A DNA stretch of 64,000 nt from the NCBI GenBank assembly GCA_963700595.1, contig CAVOYE010000016.1, positions 2,732-66,731 on the forward strand, in the 5' to 3' direction. Positions 11,099-21,899 of the stretch are shown one piece after another. The notes under the pieces were generated by a model. It had not been told where the DNA came from and did no database searches. It saw nothing but the letters and a program-made list of their open reading frames with translations. Made by a program: the position numbers and the translations under genes. Numbering within the stretch: the first letter of the stretch is position 1; the number at the start of each line of letters is the position of its first letter. The stretch is from an uncultured Chloroflexia bacterium (GTDB taxonomy: Bacteria > Chloroflexota > Anaerolineae > B4-G1 > SLSP01).

Positions 11099-12866
11099 AT
11101 GTTAAAAGATGACCCTCTGCACCGCATTCTGTTCATCGATTTAACCCGCCGGCGATTTCACGTAGAATCGCGCAGCGAGCTTTTTGACACATATTTGGGC
11201 GGCGCTGGCGTCGGCATCAAGCTGCTGAACGAGTTATGCCCACCCGGCGCCGATCCATTAGGTCCGGAAAATCCAATTATCTTTACAGTAGGTCCACTGA
11301 CCGGTTTGTATCCCCTTGCATCCAAAACAGTCGCCATGTTCAAATCACCTCTCAACAACGAATTGGGCGAGAGCCATGCCGGCGGGCGCAGCGCCATCGC
11401 GATTCGAATGGCTGGATACGGCGCAATTGTCATCCAGGGCGCCAGTGAGATGCCTATTTATCTGTCCATTGACGGCGACCACGTCAATTTCAGAGATGCA
11501 TCCGCCCTATGGGGAACGCGCAGCAGCTACACCACAGGCTCGGTTCTGCAAAAACGTGAATCAGGCAGTGGGATGCGCACAATTATGCGCATTGGAAAAG
11601 CCGGTGAGCAACAGGTCCGCTATGCCTGTGTTATTACTGAAACGTACCGGCATTTTGGCAGGTTAGGTCTGGGCGCGGTGTTTGGCAGTAAACATCTCAA
11701 AGCCATTGTGGTTGGCGGAAAACGCAACTTACCGGTGGCAGACCGGAAAGCTTACCGGCAATCTTATGATGCGATTTTCAAGGCAGCGACGCAATCCCCA
11801 TTGATGAAAAAATACCACGAACTGGGCACACCCATAAATGTCATTCCGCTTGACGCAATTGGAGGACTCCCGACGCGAAATCTGCAATCCGGACACTTCG
11901 AAGGTGCCGAATCGATATCCGGTGAACGCCTGGCAGCGGATTTCCTGGGCAGAAGGGTGGCTTGTGCCCATTGCCCGGTTGCGTGCATTCACCTCGCTGC
12001 GCTCAGGATCCCCTACCCTAATGATCCCTATTTCTACAAAACCCTGATGTTAGGTTATGATCACGAACCCATTTTCGCTACCGGCAGTATGCTGGGACTT
12101 ACCGATGTCAGCGGTATGCTGCAAGTGATGGATGAAATCGAAATACAGGGTCTGGATGTGATGAGTGCCGGTGTTGCGCTGGCATGGGCTACGGAAGCCC
12201 TGGAGCGCGGAATCCTATCACCTGCGGATACAGATGGTGTCCAGCTTCAATTCGGGCAGTATCAACCTTATGTAGAGGCGGTTAAAAGAATCGTCAGCCA
12301 ACCCACAGAATTTTACGCAGCACTGGCACGCGGCTCAGAATACGCGTCTTCGATTTACGGTGGTGCTGATTATGCACTGACCTTTGGCGGTAATGAAATG
12401 CCGGGTTATCACACCGGACCAGGCTGCCATCTGGGTTACCTGACAGGCGCCCGGCACAGCCATCTAGACAGTGCCGGGTACAGCCTTGATCAGAATGCAG
12501 CAAAAACAGGAGCTGTTCTGACGCCGGAAGGGGTCGCAGATAGCCTCTTCCAGGAAGAGCAGTGGCGTCAGGTGCTGACCAGTTTGGTCGTCTGTTTGTT
12601 TGCCCGCGGCGTCTATAAAGCTGAGACCATCCTGGAAACACTACACGTTGCCGGATATCCATGGGAGGCAGGTGACCTGGACCGTCTGGGGATTGAGACG
12701 CTGCGTAATAAATATAAATTCAAAGCAAAGAGAGGGATTTAACCTGGTCGATATACGCATACCAGCCCGGATTCTGGAAACCCCTGCACCCTACAGAGCG
12801 TTCGACGAACCTTTCCTGCGCAAAGCATTAGCCCATTACGCCGAGGAATTAGCACTCAAACCCTGA
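11099..12866 (+). pseudogene. aldehyde:ferredoxin oxidoreductase (tungsten/pterin AOR family); apparent frame break near 12722-12735
   Basis: AOR N-domain (ILFIDLT..GGAGVGIKLL..GPLTG) and a central/C domain. The frame stops at 12742 (..KFKAKRGI*). The conserved tail (EGFNLVDIRIPARILETP..) continues in frame 0 to 12866. Confidence 0.8.
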
Positions 12867-12887
12867 TTCTAAAGGCCATTTCGCCTA

Positions 12888-14157
12888 TCAGGCAATATAA
12901 GGTACGGTTTGCGGACCTTCAGGCAAAATCGCAATACGCGCTGCCGGATTACGTAGCAACAAATCTGCCAGCGTGTCCTCTACAGACAGACATGGTTCAA
13001 CCAGGGCATGCCTGAGTTCATCAGCGCTTAACCCATCCGCATACACGTGCACATGGGCTTTCGTCTGAATCTGGGCTTGAATCTGGGCTTCCCACTGATC
13101 ATGGCAACGGAAACCCGGGGCGTTGATCGTATTCAATAAGTCTTCAGCAGAATGCGCCTCGTGCAACAGGCGCGCATATTCACCATGGGTGGGTAAACCA
13201 TCCCAGCATTCCGCAACAACGATAATATCACCCCCGGGTTTGACAATCTGGGCAGCGGCAGACATGCCTTTTACCGCCTGGTAAAGGTTCAAATCCAAAG
13301 GGTATCCGCTATTGGATGTAATAACGATATCATAGGGCTGGTCCACAGGCTGCATGACTTTCTCACGCATAAATTCTACAGCTGCTTGATGGGCTGCAAG
13401 TAATTCCCCGGCAAATACACCGGTAATTTCATGGTCTTTATTCAAGGTCACATTCAAAATAAATGTCGGATCTGTAGCCATGGCGATATCGCGGATCTCT
13501 TCCCACAAGGGATTTCCCTCTGTGACCGCCCATGTTGCCAGTGGATCTGAGAGCAGCGTGGCGCCGTGGTTATCCATAATGGATTCGATATCAGCAATAC
13601 CCGGCAGAACCGCTTTGGGCCCACCACTGAAACCGGCAAAAAAATGCGGTTCTACAAATCCCGTCAGGATGCGTTTATTGGCTTCCATATAATGCCGGTT
13701 TACGCGCACCATCCGTCCCGCTTTGTTTTCTCCTACCTCGACGAGATCATCCGCCCATGCATCATGCTGCACAATGGTGTAACGGCGCACGATGTCCGGT
13801 GTCAACATCCGTTCCAAGCTCTTCTGTGGACTGCGCCCGGTGGGTGCCAAGGGCATTGATCAGACAGATGTGCTGGTCCGGCACACCTATAGATTGTAAT
13901 GATTCCAATAGAATCGGAATGACACGATCATTCGGCATAGGTCGGGTTATGTCGCTGAAGACAATCGCGACCGTATCTGTCGCAGAGACAAGCTCCGGGA
14001 GCGGGGCTCCTGCCAGGGGTGCATAGAGCGCTGCTTTAACAGCCTCAGATTCATTCCTGAGTCCTGCGACAAATTGGGGTTCAATCACCGTCACCGCCAT
14101 GCCATCCGGCACATCAATCCACAATCCCTCACGACCATATGCCATTTTAAGCCGCAT
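12888..14157 (-). pseudogene. larA: nickel-pincer-dependent lactate racemase family protein (LarA-like); apparent frame break near 13814-13819
   Basis: The N-terminal ORF (..INALGTHR..) and the C-terminal ORF (..PHFFAGFSGGPKAV..) are consecutive parts of one LarA-like protein. They are joined by a 1-nt shift in cttggaacgg (minus-strand reading). Confidence 0.75.
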
Positions 14158-14258
14158 CGTTACTCCCTGCTACAGAATATATGCAAATAGATTACTTCTG
14201 TGAAATAGAAGAAATGGACTGCTGGCAAGACTCCGGTGTACCGATGAGACGGCACCGT

Positions 14259-15458
14259 TTATCTAAGCAGTAAGTGACGCCATTTTGGGTTATCTTCAAT
14301 AAAGGACGGGCGATTTTTACTTTTAAATCTGCCGTATACGGCTTTTTCTGCTGCCACCATCCAACCCTGGTGAGGTCCTTTAATTGTCGCGAGATCAGCC
14401 ATCCTGCGGTGCAGCCAGGTAGGTTTTTTCGTCCACGGGCAGGCAGCCATACAAACACCACAGTCGGTGCCAACAGCGTGCCAATAGCGGTAACATTTTT
14501 CTGCGTCCAGTTTCCAACGTTTTGTGCCGTTGACTTCGATCCTCTCACCTTTGGGAATCGCGCCTATGGGACATAGCTCTGCACAGATTCTGCATTTTTC
14601 ACAGAAGGATTGCACACCTATATCAACAGGCTGGTCGTGCTCAAGATCCATATTGGTCGTCACAATTGCTAATCGTAACCCAAGACCAAGTTCTTTGGTA
14701 AGCAAAAAACCCGCGCGTGATAGTTCGCCCATCCCGCAATCCACAGCTACCGGCACGCACTGGACGAGGTAATTCCCATCATAATGCGCACGGGAGGAAA
14801 AACCCAGCATACGCACGTATTGCGCCAACTGCACAGCCACCCATGCGCCAGTTGCGTAACCTTTGGCAGTCGCGAGCAAGACCGGGAAATCCGGTGCATG
14901 CTGAATAAGGTCGTGATCCATCCGAAACCCCATGGCAATGGCATGTGTGTGATGCGTTAAATCGATGGGTTTCCCAACCTGTCCGGATGCTGCGCGCCCG
15001 ATGTGCGAATAGACCCATTCCTGGCGCAGCGGTCCAATCCGTACCAAATCCGCGCCCATGAATCTGGCTAAAGTTTTGATTTTTTGAGCAGCCCTGTACG
15101 GGATTATGCTGGTCCCAGGCTCGTTTTTCGCATTTTCCGCGCTGCCAAAGTGTCGAAGGGATTGGATAGCTGCAAACTGGGCGTCCATCATAGGACTGTC
15201 AATATCGCCTGTTCTGCCAAGACCCGGCATACGGTTCGTTTTTATATCGATATCGAGCCATTCCGGATGTTGCGCATAATATTCCTGAAAGCCAGAGCTG
15301 CCTTCGCCTGAGACACGATATAAATCGCTGCGAGCGAAGACAATATCGCGCTCATCAACCTGTCGTATTTCCCCCACGATATCCTGGCAATAGGTTGGTT
15401 GAGCAACCGTCCGAGGTCCCGGTTTGAACTGTGAGAAGAAAGATTGGAAGTCATCCAT
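14259..15458 (-). CDS. reductive-dehalogenase-family (RdhA-like) Fe-S protein, no Tat signal
   Basis: C-terminal CEKCRICAELCP plus CYRYWHAVGTDCGVCMAACPW, the two-cluster pattern of the RdhA/QueG clade. The N-terminus lacks a twin-arginine motif. No rdhB-like anchor gene is adjacent. Confidence 0.55.
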   Translation of the reverse strand: MDDFQSFFSQFKPGPRTVAQPTYCQDIVGEIRQVDERDIVFARSDLYRVSGEGSSGFQEYYAQHPEWLDIDIKTNRMPGLGRTGDIDSPMMDAQFAAIQSLRHFGSAENAKNEPGTSIIPYRAAQKIKTLARFMGADLVRIGPLRQEWVYSHIGRAASGQVGKPIDLTHHTHAIAMGFRMDHDLIQHAPDFPVLLATAKGYATGAWVAVQLAQYVRMLGFSSRAHYDGNYLVQCVPVAVDCGMGELSRAGFLLTKELGLGLRLAIVTTNMDLEHDQPVDIGVQSFCEKCRICAELCPIGAIPKGERIEVNGTKRWKLDAEKCYRYWHAVGTDCGVCMAACPWTKKPTWLHRRMADLATIKGPHQGWMVAAEKAVYGRFKSKNRPSFIEDNPKWRHLLLR

Positions 15459-15485
15459 CAGATTTCCATCACCGCATCGTGCTGC

Positions 15486-16373
15486 TTAATCAACATCGGT
15501 TTTATTCTTGAGCTGTGCAACCATAATATCCAGTGTTTCATCCAATGAAGGAAAGGGTGAAGTGTCCTCAGGAACTCGGTCAGCCAATTGCGTCTCACCC
15601 ATTAACCGGTATATTTCAGCCGCTCCTGCCAGCATATTCGGCTGGATGCCAACGACGGTAAAAGTCTTGTCCATTTCTTCCATTTCACCCACAAATCGCC
15701 TGGATTTGACAGCGACCCGTGTCACGCCGCGCTCCATACTTTCGAATCTGTTTCCCATCCTGAACTCTTCAAAGAGGGCATCCGAGACACCCAAAGCCCG
15801 GGCGGCAGACATAAGCGTCAGATACAATGCGGTCGATCCCTTGGTTGATGCGGCAAAGCACATTTTCAGAGAAGAAGCGTCCCCCACCCTTTCACTGAGA
15901 TGCAGGATATTAAGCCCACGCGCATTGAGAAAGTCGATTTGCTGCGTGTCTGAACCGGATACGTAGATCCGCGGCGTATAATCACCCCTGGGGGGTCCAC
16001 CGATTATACAAGCATCGAGGAAAACACCTCCAGCATCCGAGATGATCTGCCCAACCTCAACGGCGGTTTGCGGCGCGATGGCATTACAGTCAACATAGAG
16101 CACGTTGGCTTGAGTTCTCGCTAAAGCCTGGGCAACCATAACTGCAGCAGCTTTGGCAGCTGCCGGAACAAGGATAGACAGCACGATATCCGCCTGGTTG
16201 ACCAGCGCATCATAGGTCGGAACAGCTTCAATGCGCGCGGCTTTTGCCAGATCGCGCGTCCGCTCACTGCGCCCATCTGAACAGTAGATGACGCGCAAAC
16301 CCTTCTCAACTAACCGTCTGCCTACACCGTGTCCCATATCACCGGGACTGAGGATGCCAATTGTCTTATTCAT
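15486..16373 (-). CDS. NAD(P)-binding dehydrogenase (6-phosphogluconate/3-hydroxyisobutyrate dehydrogenase-like fold)
   Basis: N-terminal Rossmann segment IGILSPGDMGHGVG. 295 aa, a length typical of this family. Confidence 0.65.
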   Translation of the reverse strand: MNKTIGILSPGDMGHGVGRRLVEKGLRVIYCSDGRSERTRDLAKAARIEAVPTYDALVNQADIVLSILVPAAAKAAAVMVAQALARTQANVLYVDCNAIAPQTAVEVGQIISDAGGVFLDACIIGGPPRGDYTPRIYVSGSDTQQIDFLNARGLNILHLSERVGDASSLKMCFAASTKGSTALYLTLMSAARALGVSDALFEEFRMGNRFESMERGVTRVAVKSRRFVGEMEEMDKTFTVVGIQPNMLAGAAEIYRLMGETQLADRVPEDTSPFPSLDETLDIMVAQLKNKTDVD

Positions 16374-16429
16374 CTGGTAATCTCCATGCTGAATTCGTTT
16401 GGATTTGATAACAAATTATGATGCGCTTG

Positions 16430-17446
16430 TTATGCTTGAAGGCGCGCTTTCATCCACGGGTTAGCATTGTGAAAATCTGATACTGCATTCCCAGGATGGA
16501 CCAGAGCGTCAAATAAAGGACGATCCGCGTCATCGAGAGATCGATCAACAATGGCCAGGGCATCGTCCAGGTGCGCCATAGTTCGCGGTCCTATGATCGG
16601 TGCTGTGATACCCGGTTGGTCCTTGCACCATAGATACGCAAGTTGCGCAGTATTCATACCCCGCTCTTCCGCCATCTTTTTAACAGCTGTCGCCACCTCC
16701 AGCGCTTGATGGTTGATGCGCCTTAATATCGGCGCCCAACCTACGGCAGCACGTGTACCGGTCGGGTATTGATCGCCGCCTTCCATATCAAGCGTGTACT
16801 TGCCGGAAAGGATGCCGCCGGCAAGCGGTGACCAGGGCAGAATCGCTAATCCATGCTTCATCGCCAGGGGAATAAGTTCGTTCTCAGCACGACGATCCAG
16901 TAGATTATAGGGCGGTTGCTCACTAATGAGTCGCGCAAGGCCCAATCGCTCACTTGTCGCTATGGACTCCATCACCATCCATGCTGCATGATTGGAGGCA
17001 CCAATGTACCTGACTTTACCTGCGCGCACCAAATCATCGAGGGCTCGCAACGTCTCATCCTGAGGAATGAAAAGATCCGGACGGTGAAGTTGGTACAGAT
17101 CGATATGGTCCGTCTGCAAGCGCCGCAAAGAATCCTCACACGCTTTCATAATATGGTATCTTGAAATACCTGCTTCGTTGACGCCACTGCCCATACGTCC
17201 ATGGACCTTTGTCGCTAAAACAATCTGGTCTCGCAAACCATTTTCAGCCAGCGCTTTACCGACAACGATCTCACTTTGGCCCCGACTGTAGGCGTCAGCG
17301 GTGTCGATGAAGTTTATGCCACTGTCGATGGCTTTATTTATGATAGCAACTGATGTCGATTCATCTGTACGGTCACCAAAATTCATGGTTCCCAGACAAA
17401 TCGGTGACACTTTCACACCCGTTCTTCCTAAATATCTATATTCCAT
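16430..17446 (-). CDS. aldo/keto reductase (paralog 1)
   Basis: MEYRYLGRTGVKVSPICLGTMNFG and the DTADAY motif. 338 aa. Confidence 0.85.
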   Translation of the reverse strand: MEYRYLGRTGVKVSPICLGTMNFGDRTDESTSVAIINKAIDSGINFIDTADAYSRGQSEIVVGKALAENGLRDQIVLATKVHGRMGSGVNEAGISRYHIMKACEDSLRRLQTDHIDLYQLHRPDLFIPQDETLRALDDLVRAGKVRYIGASNHAAWMVMESIATSERLGLARLISEQPPYNLLDRRAENELIPLAMKHGLAILPWSPLAGGILSGKYTLDMEGGDQYPTGTRAAVGWAPILRRINHQALEVATAVKKMAEERGMNTAQLAYLWCKDQPGITAPIIGPRTMAHLDDALAIVDRSLDDADRPLFDALVHPGNAVSDFHNANPWMKARLQA

Positions 17447-17500
17447 GTGTTAACTCCTTGTCGTTGTTAGATTCCTGTCTCATTTCCCGTCCAGTTTGCT

Positions 17501-18517
17501 TCAATCCTGGATTCGGGCTTTCATCCAGGGGTTACTATTATGAAAATCCGAAACGGCATTACCCGGATGCACCAGTGCATCGAAAAGAGGGCGGTCCGCA
17601 TCATCCAGCTTTTTATCAAGGACTGCCAGGGCGTCATCCAGGTGCTGCATTGTACGCGGACCAATGATCGGTGCGGTGATCGCTGGTTGATCCTTGCACC
17701 ATAGTGTGGCGAACTGTGCAGCATTCATACCCCGTTCCACTGCCATTTTGTTCACTTCCGCAGCCACTTCAAGCCCTTTACGCGTAATCCGCAATTGGAA
17801 CGGCGCCCAACCTGAATTCGCTCGCGTGCCATCAGGATACGCATTTTTATCAAGCATGTCCAGCGTGTACTTACCGGTCAGGATGCCCCCTGCCAAAGGG
17901 GACCACGGCAGAATTGCCAACCCATATTTCTGCGCCATTGGAATTAACTCGTTCTCAATTCGGCGGTCCAGAAGATTATACGGGGGCTGTTCACTGATAT
18001 AACGCGATATGGCCAATCTCTCACTGATCCCAATGGATTCCATCACCATCCATGCCGGATGTGTAGAGCTTCCGATATACCGTACTTTTCCTGATCGCAC
18101 CAAATCGTCGAACGCGCGCAGCGTCTCATCCTGCGGTAAAATAAGATCAGGACGGTGCAGCTGGTACAGATCGATATGGTCAGTCTGCAAACGGCGCAAT
18201 GAATTCTCGCACGCCTTGATGATATGGTACCGAGAGTTGCCTTCATCGTTGACGCCCTGCCCCATCCTGCCATGGACCTTGGTTGCCAGCACGATCTGTT
18301 CCCGTTTGCCGTTTTCAGCCAGTGCTTTCCCGACGATGACTTCGCTCTGCCCGTTGTTATAAACATTCGCCGTATCGATGAAATTAATGCCTGAATCCAT
18401 GGCTTTGTTGATAATGGCAAAGGATGTCGCCTCATCTGTTGGACCGCCAAAATTCATCGCGCCCAAACACAGCGGGGACACCATCACACCTGTTCTTCCT
18501 AAAGATCGATATTCCAT
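17501..18517 (-). CDS. aldo/keto reductase (paralog 2)
   Basis: Also 338 aa and collinear with paralog 1. By eye about three quarters of residues are identical. Confidence 0.85.
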   Translation of the reverse strand: MEYRSLGRTGVMVSPLCLGAMNFGGPTDEATSFAIINKAMDSGINFIDTANVYNNGQSEVIVGKALAENGKREQIVLATKVHGRMGQGVNDEGNSRYHIIKACENSLRRLQTDHIDLYQLHRPDLILPQDETLRAFDDLVRSGKVRYIGSSTHPAWMVMESIGISERLAISRYISEQPPYNLLDRRIENELIPMAQKYGLAILPWSPLAGGILTGKYTLDMLDKNAYPDGTRANSGWAPFQLRITRKGLEVAAEVNKMAVERGMNAAQFATLWCKDQPAITAPIIGPRTMQHLDDALAVLDKKLDDADRPLFDALVHPGNAVSDFHNSNPWMKARIQD

Positions 18518-18529
18518 TTTTAACTCCTT

Positions 18530-18820
18530 TTATTTATCTGCTGTTGACCGTGTCGCCGAGATATTATTCAGAGTGGGCGTGGGGGTCCGTGTCGCGACTT
18601 GTGCCAATATGCAATCACAAATCCGTATTCTGAGTGTAGGGGTTGGTGTAAGAAAATTCAAACGCCAAATACTTTCTGACATCAAGCTTTGGGTTGGGTT
18701 TTCTGTTGTTAAAATTTCAGGACCAGACCAGACTAAATTCACCACACTGACAGCGCATATCAGACCAATAACAAACCACAACCACTTCCTTTGATCCTTT
18801 TGCTGCTTACCGAACCTCAT
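18530..18820 (-). CDS. hypothetical small membrane protein (weak call)
   Basis: ATG with a GGAG about 9 nt upstream and one clear N-terminal TM helix (WLWFVIGLICAVSVVNLVW). The tail is low-complexity (TPTPTL twice) and is encoded by a DNA direct repeat, so it may not be real. Confidence 0.25.
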   Translation of the reverse strand: MRFGKQQKDQRKWLWFVIGLICAVSVVNLVWSGPEILTTENPTQSLMSESIWRLNFLTPTPTLRIRICDCILAQVATRTPTPTLNNISATRSTADK

Positions 18821-18890
18821 TATACAGACTCCAACTATCCCACACTATTAACTTTCTGCCCTAAGTATACAACAGATCGCAATCTGATAT

Positions 18891-20337
18891 TTACCGCGCA
18901 CCCTCCACGTTCGATCTGCTACGACCCGCATCCTTTAACTTCAGGAGCATTTGGGTCATCTGCTCCACAATGTCCTGCCTATCCAGCCACAGGTTACGTG
19001 TTTCCGCAAAATCATCCTCCATATCGTAGAGCTGCCCGGCAGGACCACCGGTGACCGCTTCCAAACTGACAGGTTCAGTAAATCCTCCGGAACCCAATCC
19101 AAGAATCAGCTTCCACTTCCCCTGCCGGATTGAGAACATACCATCACCAGAATGATGGATGATGGATTCACGACCAGGCGTGTCAGTGTTACCCCCAATC
19201 AGGACTGGCAGCATACTGATACTATCTTCTGCAGCATTATCCGGGATCGGATAATCCAGCAATTTGCGCAACAGTCGCCATAAAATCCACAAGGCACACC
19301 GGTTTGGCGCTTTCAGACCCCGCCGGTATAAAACCTGGCCATCGGGCAACGAAGGGTTCACGGTGTCCCCCATCCCAAATATCCGCTTTTTGTCCGCGGA
19401 ATGGACCGTTAGCCCGATGCCCATAATCCTCTCCATTAGCACAGGTCGCGCGCGCGCCATTATCACTGGTGACGATAAGCAGCGTATTCTCCGTCAGACC
19501 CAGACGGTCCAGCGCATCCACAACCTGCCCAACAATCCAATCAAATAGGACAACCATATCCCCGCGGTCACCCGCCTGACTCTTGTCAATAACAAAATCA
19601 GGTCTGATATCACATGGTCGGTGGGGTGACGCTGTGGGCAGATAGAGAAAGAAAGGTTGGTCCGGATGCGCTGCGTGTTGTTCTTCTATAAAAGAAACTG
19701 CTTTGTTCGCAAAAGTGATATCAACTTCTTCGTCACGCCAATCTTTGGTCATCATACCACGCCGCTGCTGGTTATAATAGGGCTGTTTTTCCTGTTCAGG
19801 AATACCAACAGTGTGATCGTTTTCAATGAAACAGTACGGCGGCATATCCAGTGAACCCGCAATCCCAAAGAAATAATCAAATCCTAGCGTTACTGGTCCG
19901 CGTTCAATCGGCAAGCTGTAATCCACATCGAATCCATCCAGACTCCACGTCGGGGCGTCAAACGCGGTCAAGGATTCACCGGTATCCTCCTTGAGAGGCC
20001 AATCCAGACCCAGGTGCCATTTCCCGATTGCGGCAGTAGCATAACCCTGCGATTTAAGCAGCGATGCCACAGTCAGTCTTTCCGGCTCGATAAGCGGTTT
20101 GCCAAATCCCCCCAAAACCCACCGCTTCAGTGTAGAGCGCCAGCAATAACGTCCGGTCATCACTGAATATCGACTTGGCGTGCAAACAGCGGAGGAGCTA
20201 TGCGCATCGGTCAGGCGCATGCCTTCAGCAGCAATCCGGTCCACATTGGGGGTGGGTATTTTTGTGGCGCCAAAACAACCCAGGTCGCCATAGCCCATAT
20301 CATCCGCAAAAATAAAAACGATGTTCGGTTTAGCCAT
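18891..20337 (-). pseudogene. Cys-type sulfatase (arylsulfatase family); apparent frame break near 19255-19262
   Basis: N-terminal ADDMGYGDLGCFG and the formylglycine motif CTPSR. The first ORF stops at 19237 (..ATVAQIAGLSDPG*). The conserved C-terminal part (DYPIPDNAAEDSISMLPVL..) continues in another frame to 18891. Confidence 0.8.
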
Positions 20338-20403
20338 TTTCTCACCTCATAGTGTGATACTCAAATTGAACGTCAGATTTAACGATGAAAAAATCACAAG
20401 CAA

Positions 20404-20437
20404 TAATGGAATATGGATGATCATCCATATTCCATTA
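20404..20437. repeat. 34-nt perfect palindrome between the lactonase and sulfatase genes
   Basis: taatggaatatggatga|tcatccatattccatta, with no loop and no mismatch. Confidence 0.9.
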
Positions 20438-20487
20438 CTGCTCAGGGCATCCGGCGCGTGCTGCTGCTGCGCCAAGGTTCAGATGAT

Positions 20488-21573
20488 TCAATCACTCAGC
20501 AGTATAAACTTCAAACAAACAGGTTTTGGGACACTGATTTCTATCCCGGTCGGCGTTAATGCCCCGGTATCGGCATCGAGCGTAAATACGACGACGTTGT
20601 TGGAATCCTGATTTGCCGCCAGAAGGTATCGTCCAGTGGGGTCAATAGCAAAGTTGCGGGGTGTCTTCCCACCCGTCGGCGTGTGGGCAATATACGTCAA
20701 CAAACCGCTTTCAGGATCAATCGCATAGGTCACGATGCTGTCGTGCCCCCGGTTCGATCCATAAAGGAATTTCCCGGTGGGCTCGATATGGATGTCTGCA
20801 GTCGAATTTCTGCCCTCCCAACCCGCCGGTAAGGAAGGAACTGTCTGCAACGTCTGCAAATCACCGGTAACATTGTCAACAGCGAAAGCCGTAATGGTAT
20901 TGCCCATTTCGTTGATCAAATAAGCAAATTTCTTATTGGGATGGAAGGTAAAATGCCGCGGACCTGATCCAGGCGCAACTGTGACGAAAGGGACAACGTT
21001 GGGTTCAAGCGTTCCATTAACCAGATCCAACTTGTAAATCATGAGTTTATCCATTCCCAGGTCAGCGACATAAGCCAATTTGTTATCCGGATTTAGGTTA
21101 AACGAGTGGGCATGCGGTCCCTCCTGGCGTCTTGGATTGGGTCCGGAGCCTTCATGCTGGACTTTGGCGGTCGCCGGCGCCAATGTGCCATCTTCCATAA
21201 TGGGGTAAGCTGCCACAGAACCGCTGCTGTAATTCGCAAGATAGACCATCTTACCCGTCTGATCTACGGAAACATGACAGGGAGACATACCCCACGAGGG
21301 CTGCTGGTTGAGGAATGTTAAATCCCCGCTTTGGGGGTCAATGCTGTAGGCGGATATTGCCCCAGATCTTTCACCCTCAAAAGAGGATACTTCGTTAACG
21401 GCATATAGATATTTCTTGCTGGGATGAACAGCTAAAAAGGATGGATTAGCGCCGCCCTCCGCTGTACTGCGGTAGGTTAACGTTCCATCTTCGTTATTGA
21501 AATAGTAGACTACGACGCCCTGTTCCGGACTCTGTGTATAACCGCCGATGTATAGAACTGTTTTTGATGCCAT
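20488..21573 (-). CDS. lactonase, 7-bladed beta-propeller (6-phosphogluconolactonase/COG2706-like)
   Basis: Repeated propeller blades and family-typical segments (GPRHFTFHP, YLANYSSGSV). ATG at 21573 is preceded by aggagg. The longer TTG-initiated ORF reaching 21756 is less likely. Confidence 0.75.
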   Translation of the reverse strand: MASKTVLYIGGYTQSPEQGVVVYYFNNEDGTLTYRSTAEGGANPSFLAVHPSKKYLYAVNEVSSFEGERSGAISAYSIDPQSGDLTFLNQQPSWGMSPCHVSVDQTGKMVYLANYSSGSVAAYPIMEDGTLAPATAKVQHEGSGPNPRRQEGPHAHSFNLNPDNKLAYVADLGMDKLMIYKLDLVNGTLEPNVVPFVTVAPGSGPRHFTFHPNKKFAYLINEMGNTITAFAVDNVTGDLQTLQTVPSLPAGWEGRNSTADIHIEPTGKFLYGSNRGHDSIVTYAIDPESGLLTYIAHTPTGGKTPRNFAIDPTGRYLLAANQDSNNVVVFTLDADTGALTPTGIEISVPKPVCLKFILLSD

Positions 21574-21899
21574 TGTATTCCTCCTGATTTGCGTAATTTC
21601 TTCCAGAATTCCTGTGGATGCTGTGCTGGTAGGACGGACATCCGTGGACAAAGCCTTTCTTCCCCACGAAATGATGACCCAGATAGCGGCTATGATTAAG
21701 GCGCATAACGCTACCTTGTAAACAACGTGAAAATTTAAGCCTGAGGGCTTAGCCAAGTTAGCGGTCCGTGATCTCTTCTGCTGGCATAGGCCTTATTATA
21801 ACGCATGACTGACCTTCAGGTGCCGATCAAACGCGTGTCTTCATAAACAGGGATGAAGTTAAAAAACCTGACAATGAAGCTTGTTTTTGAACATCAATG

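Noticed and set aside
21574-21756. N-terminal extension of the lactonase ORF with a TM-like segment (TTG start at 21756).
   Set aside because: The ATG at 21573 has a perfect AGGAGG at ideal spacing and gives a protein starting at the first propeller blade. The extension relies on a TTG with no RBS.
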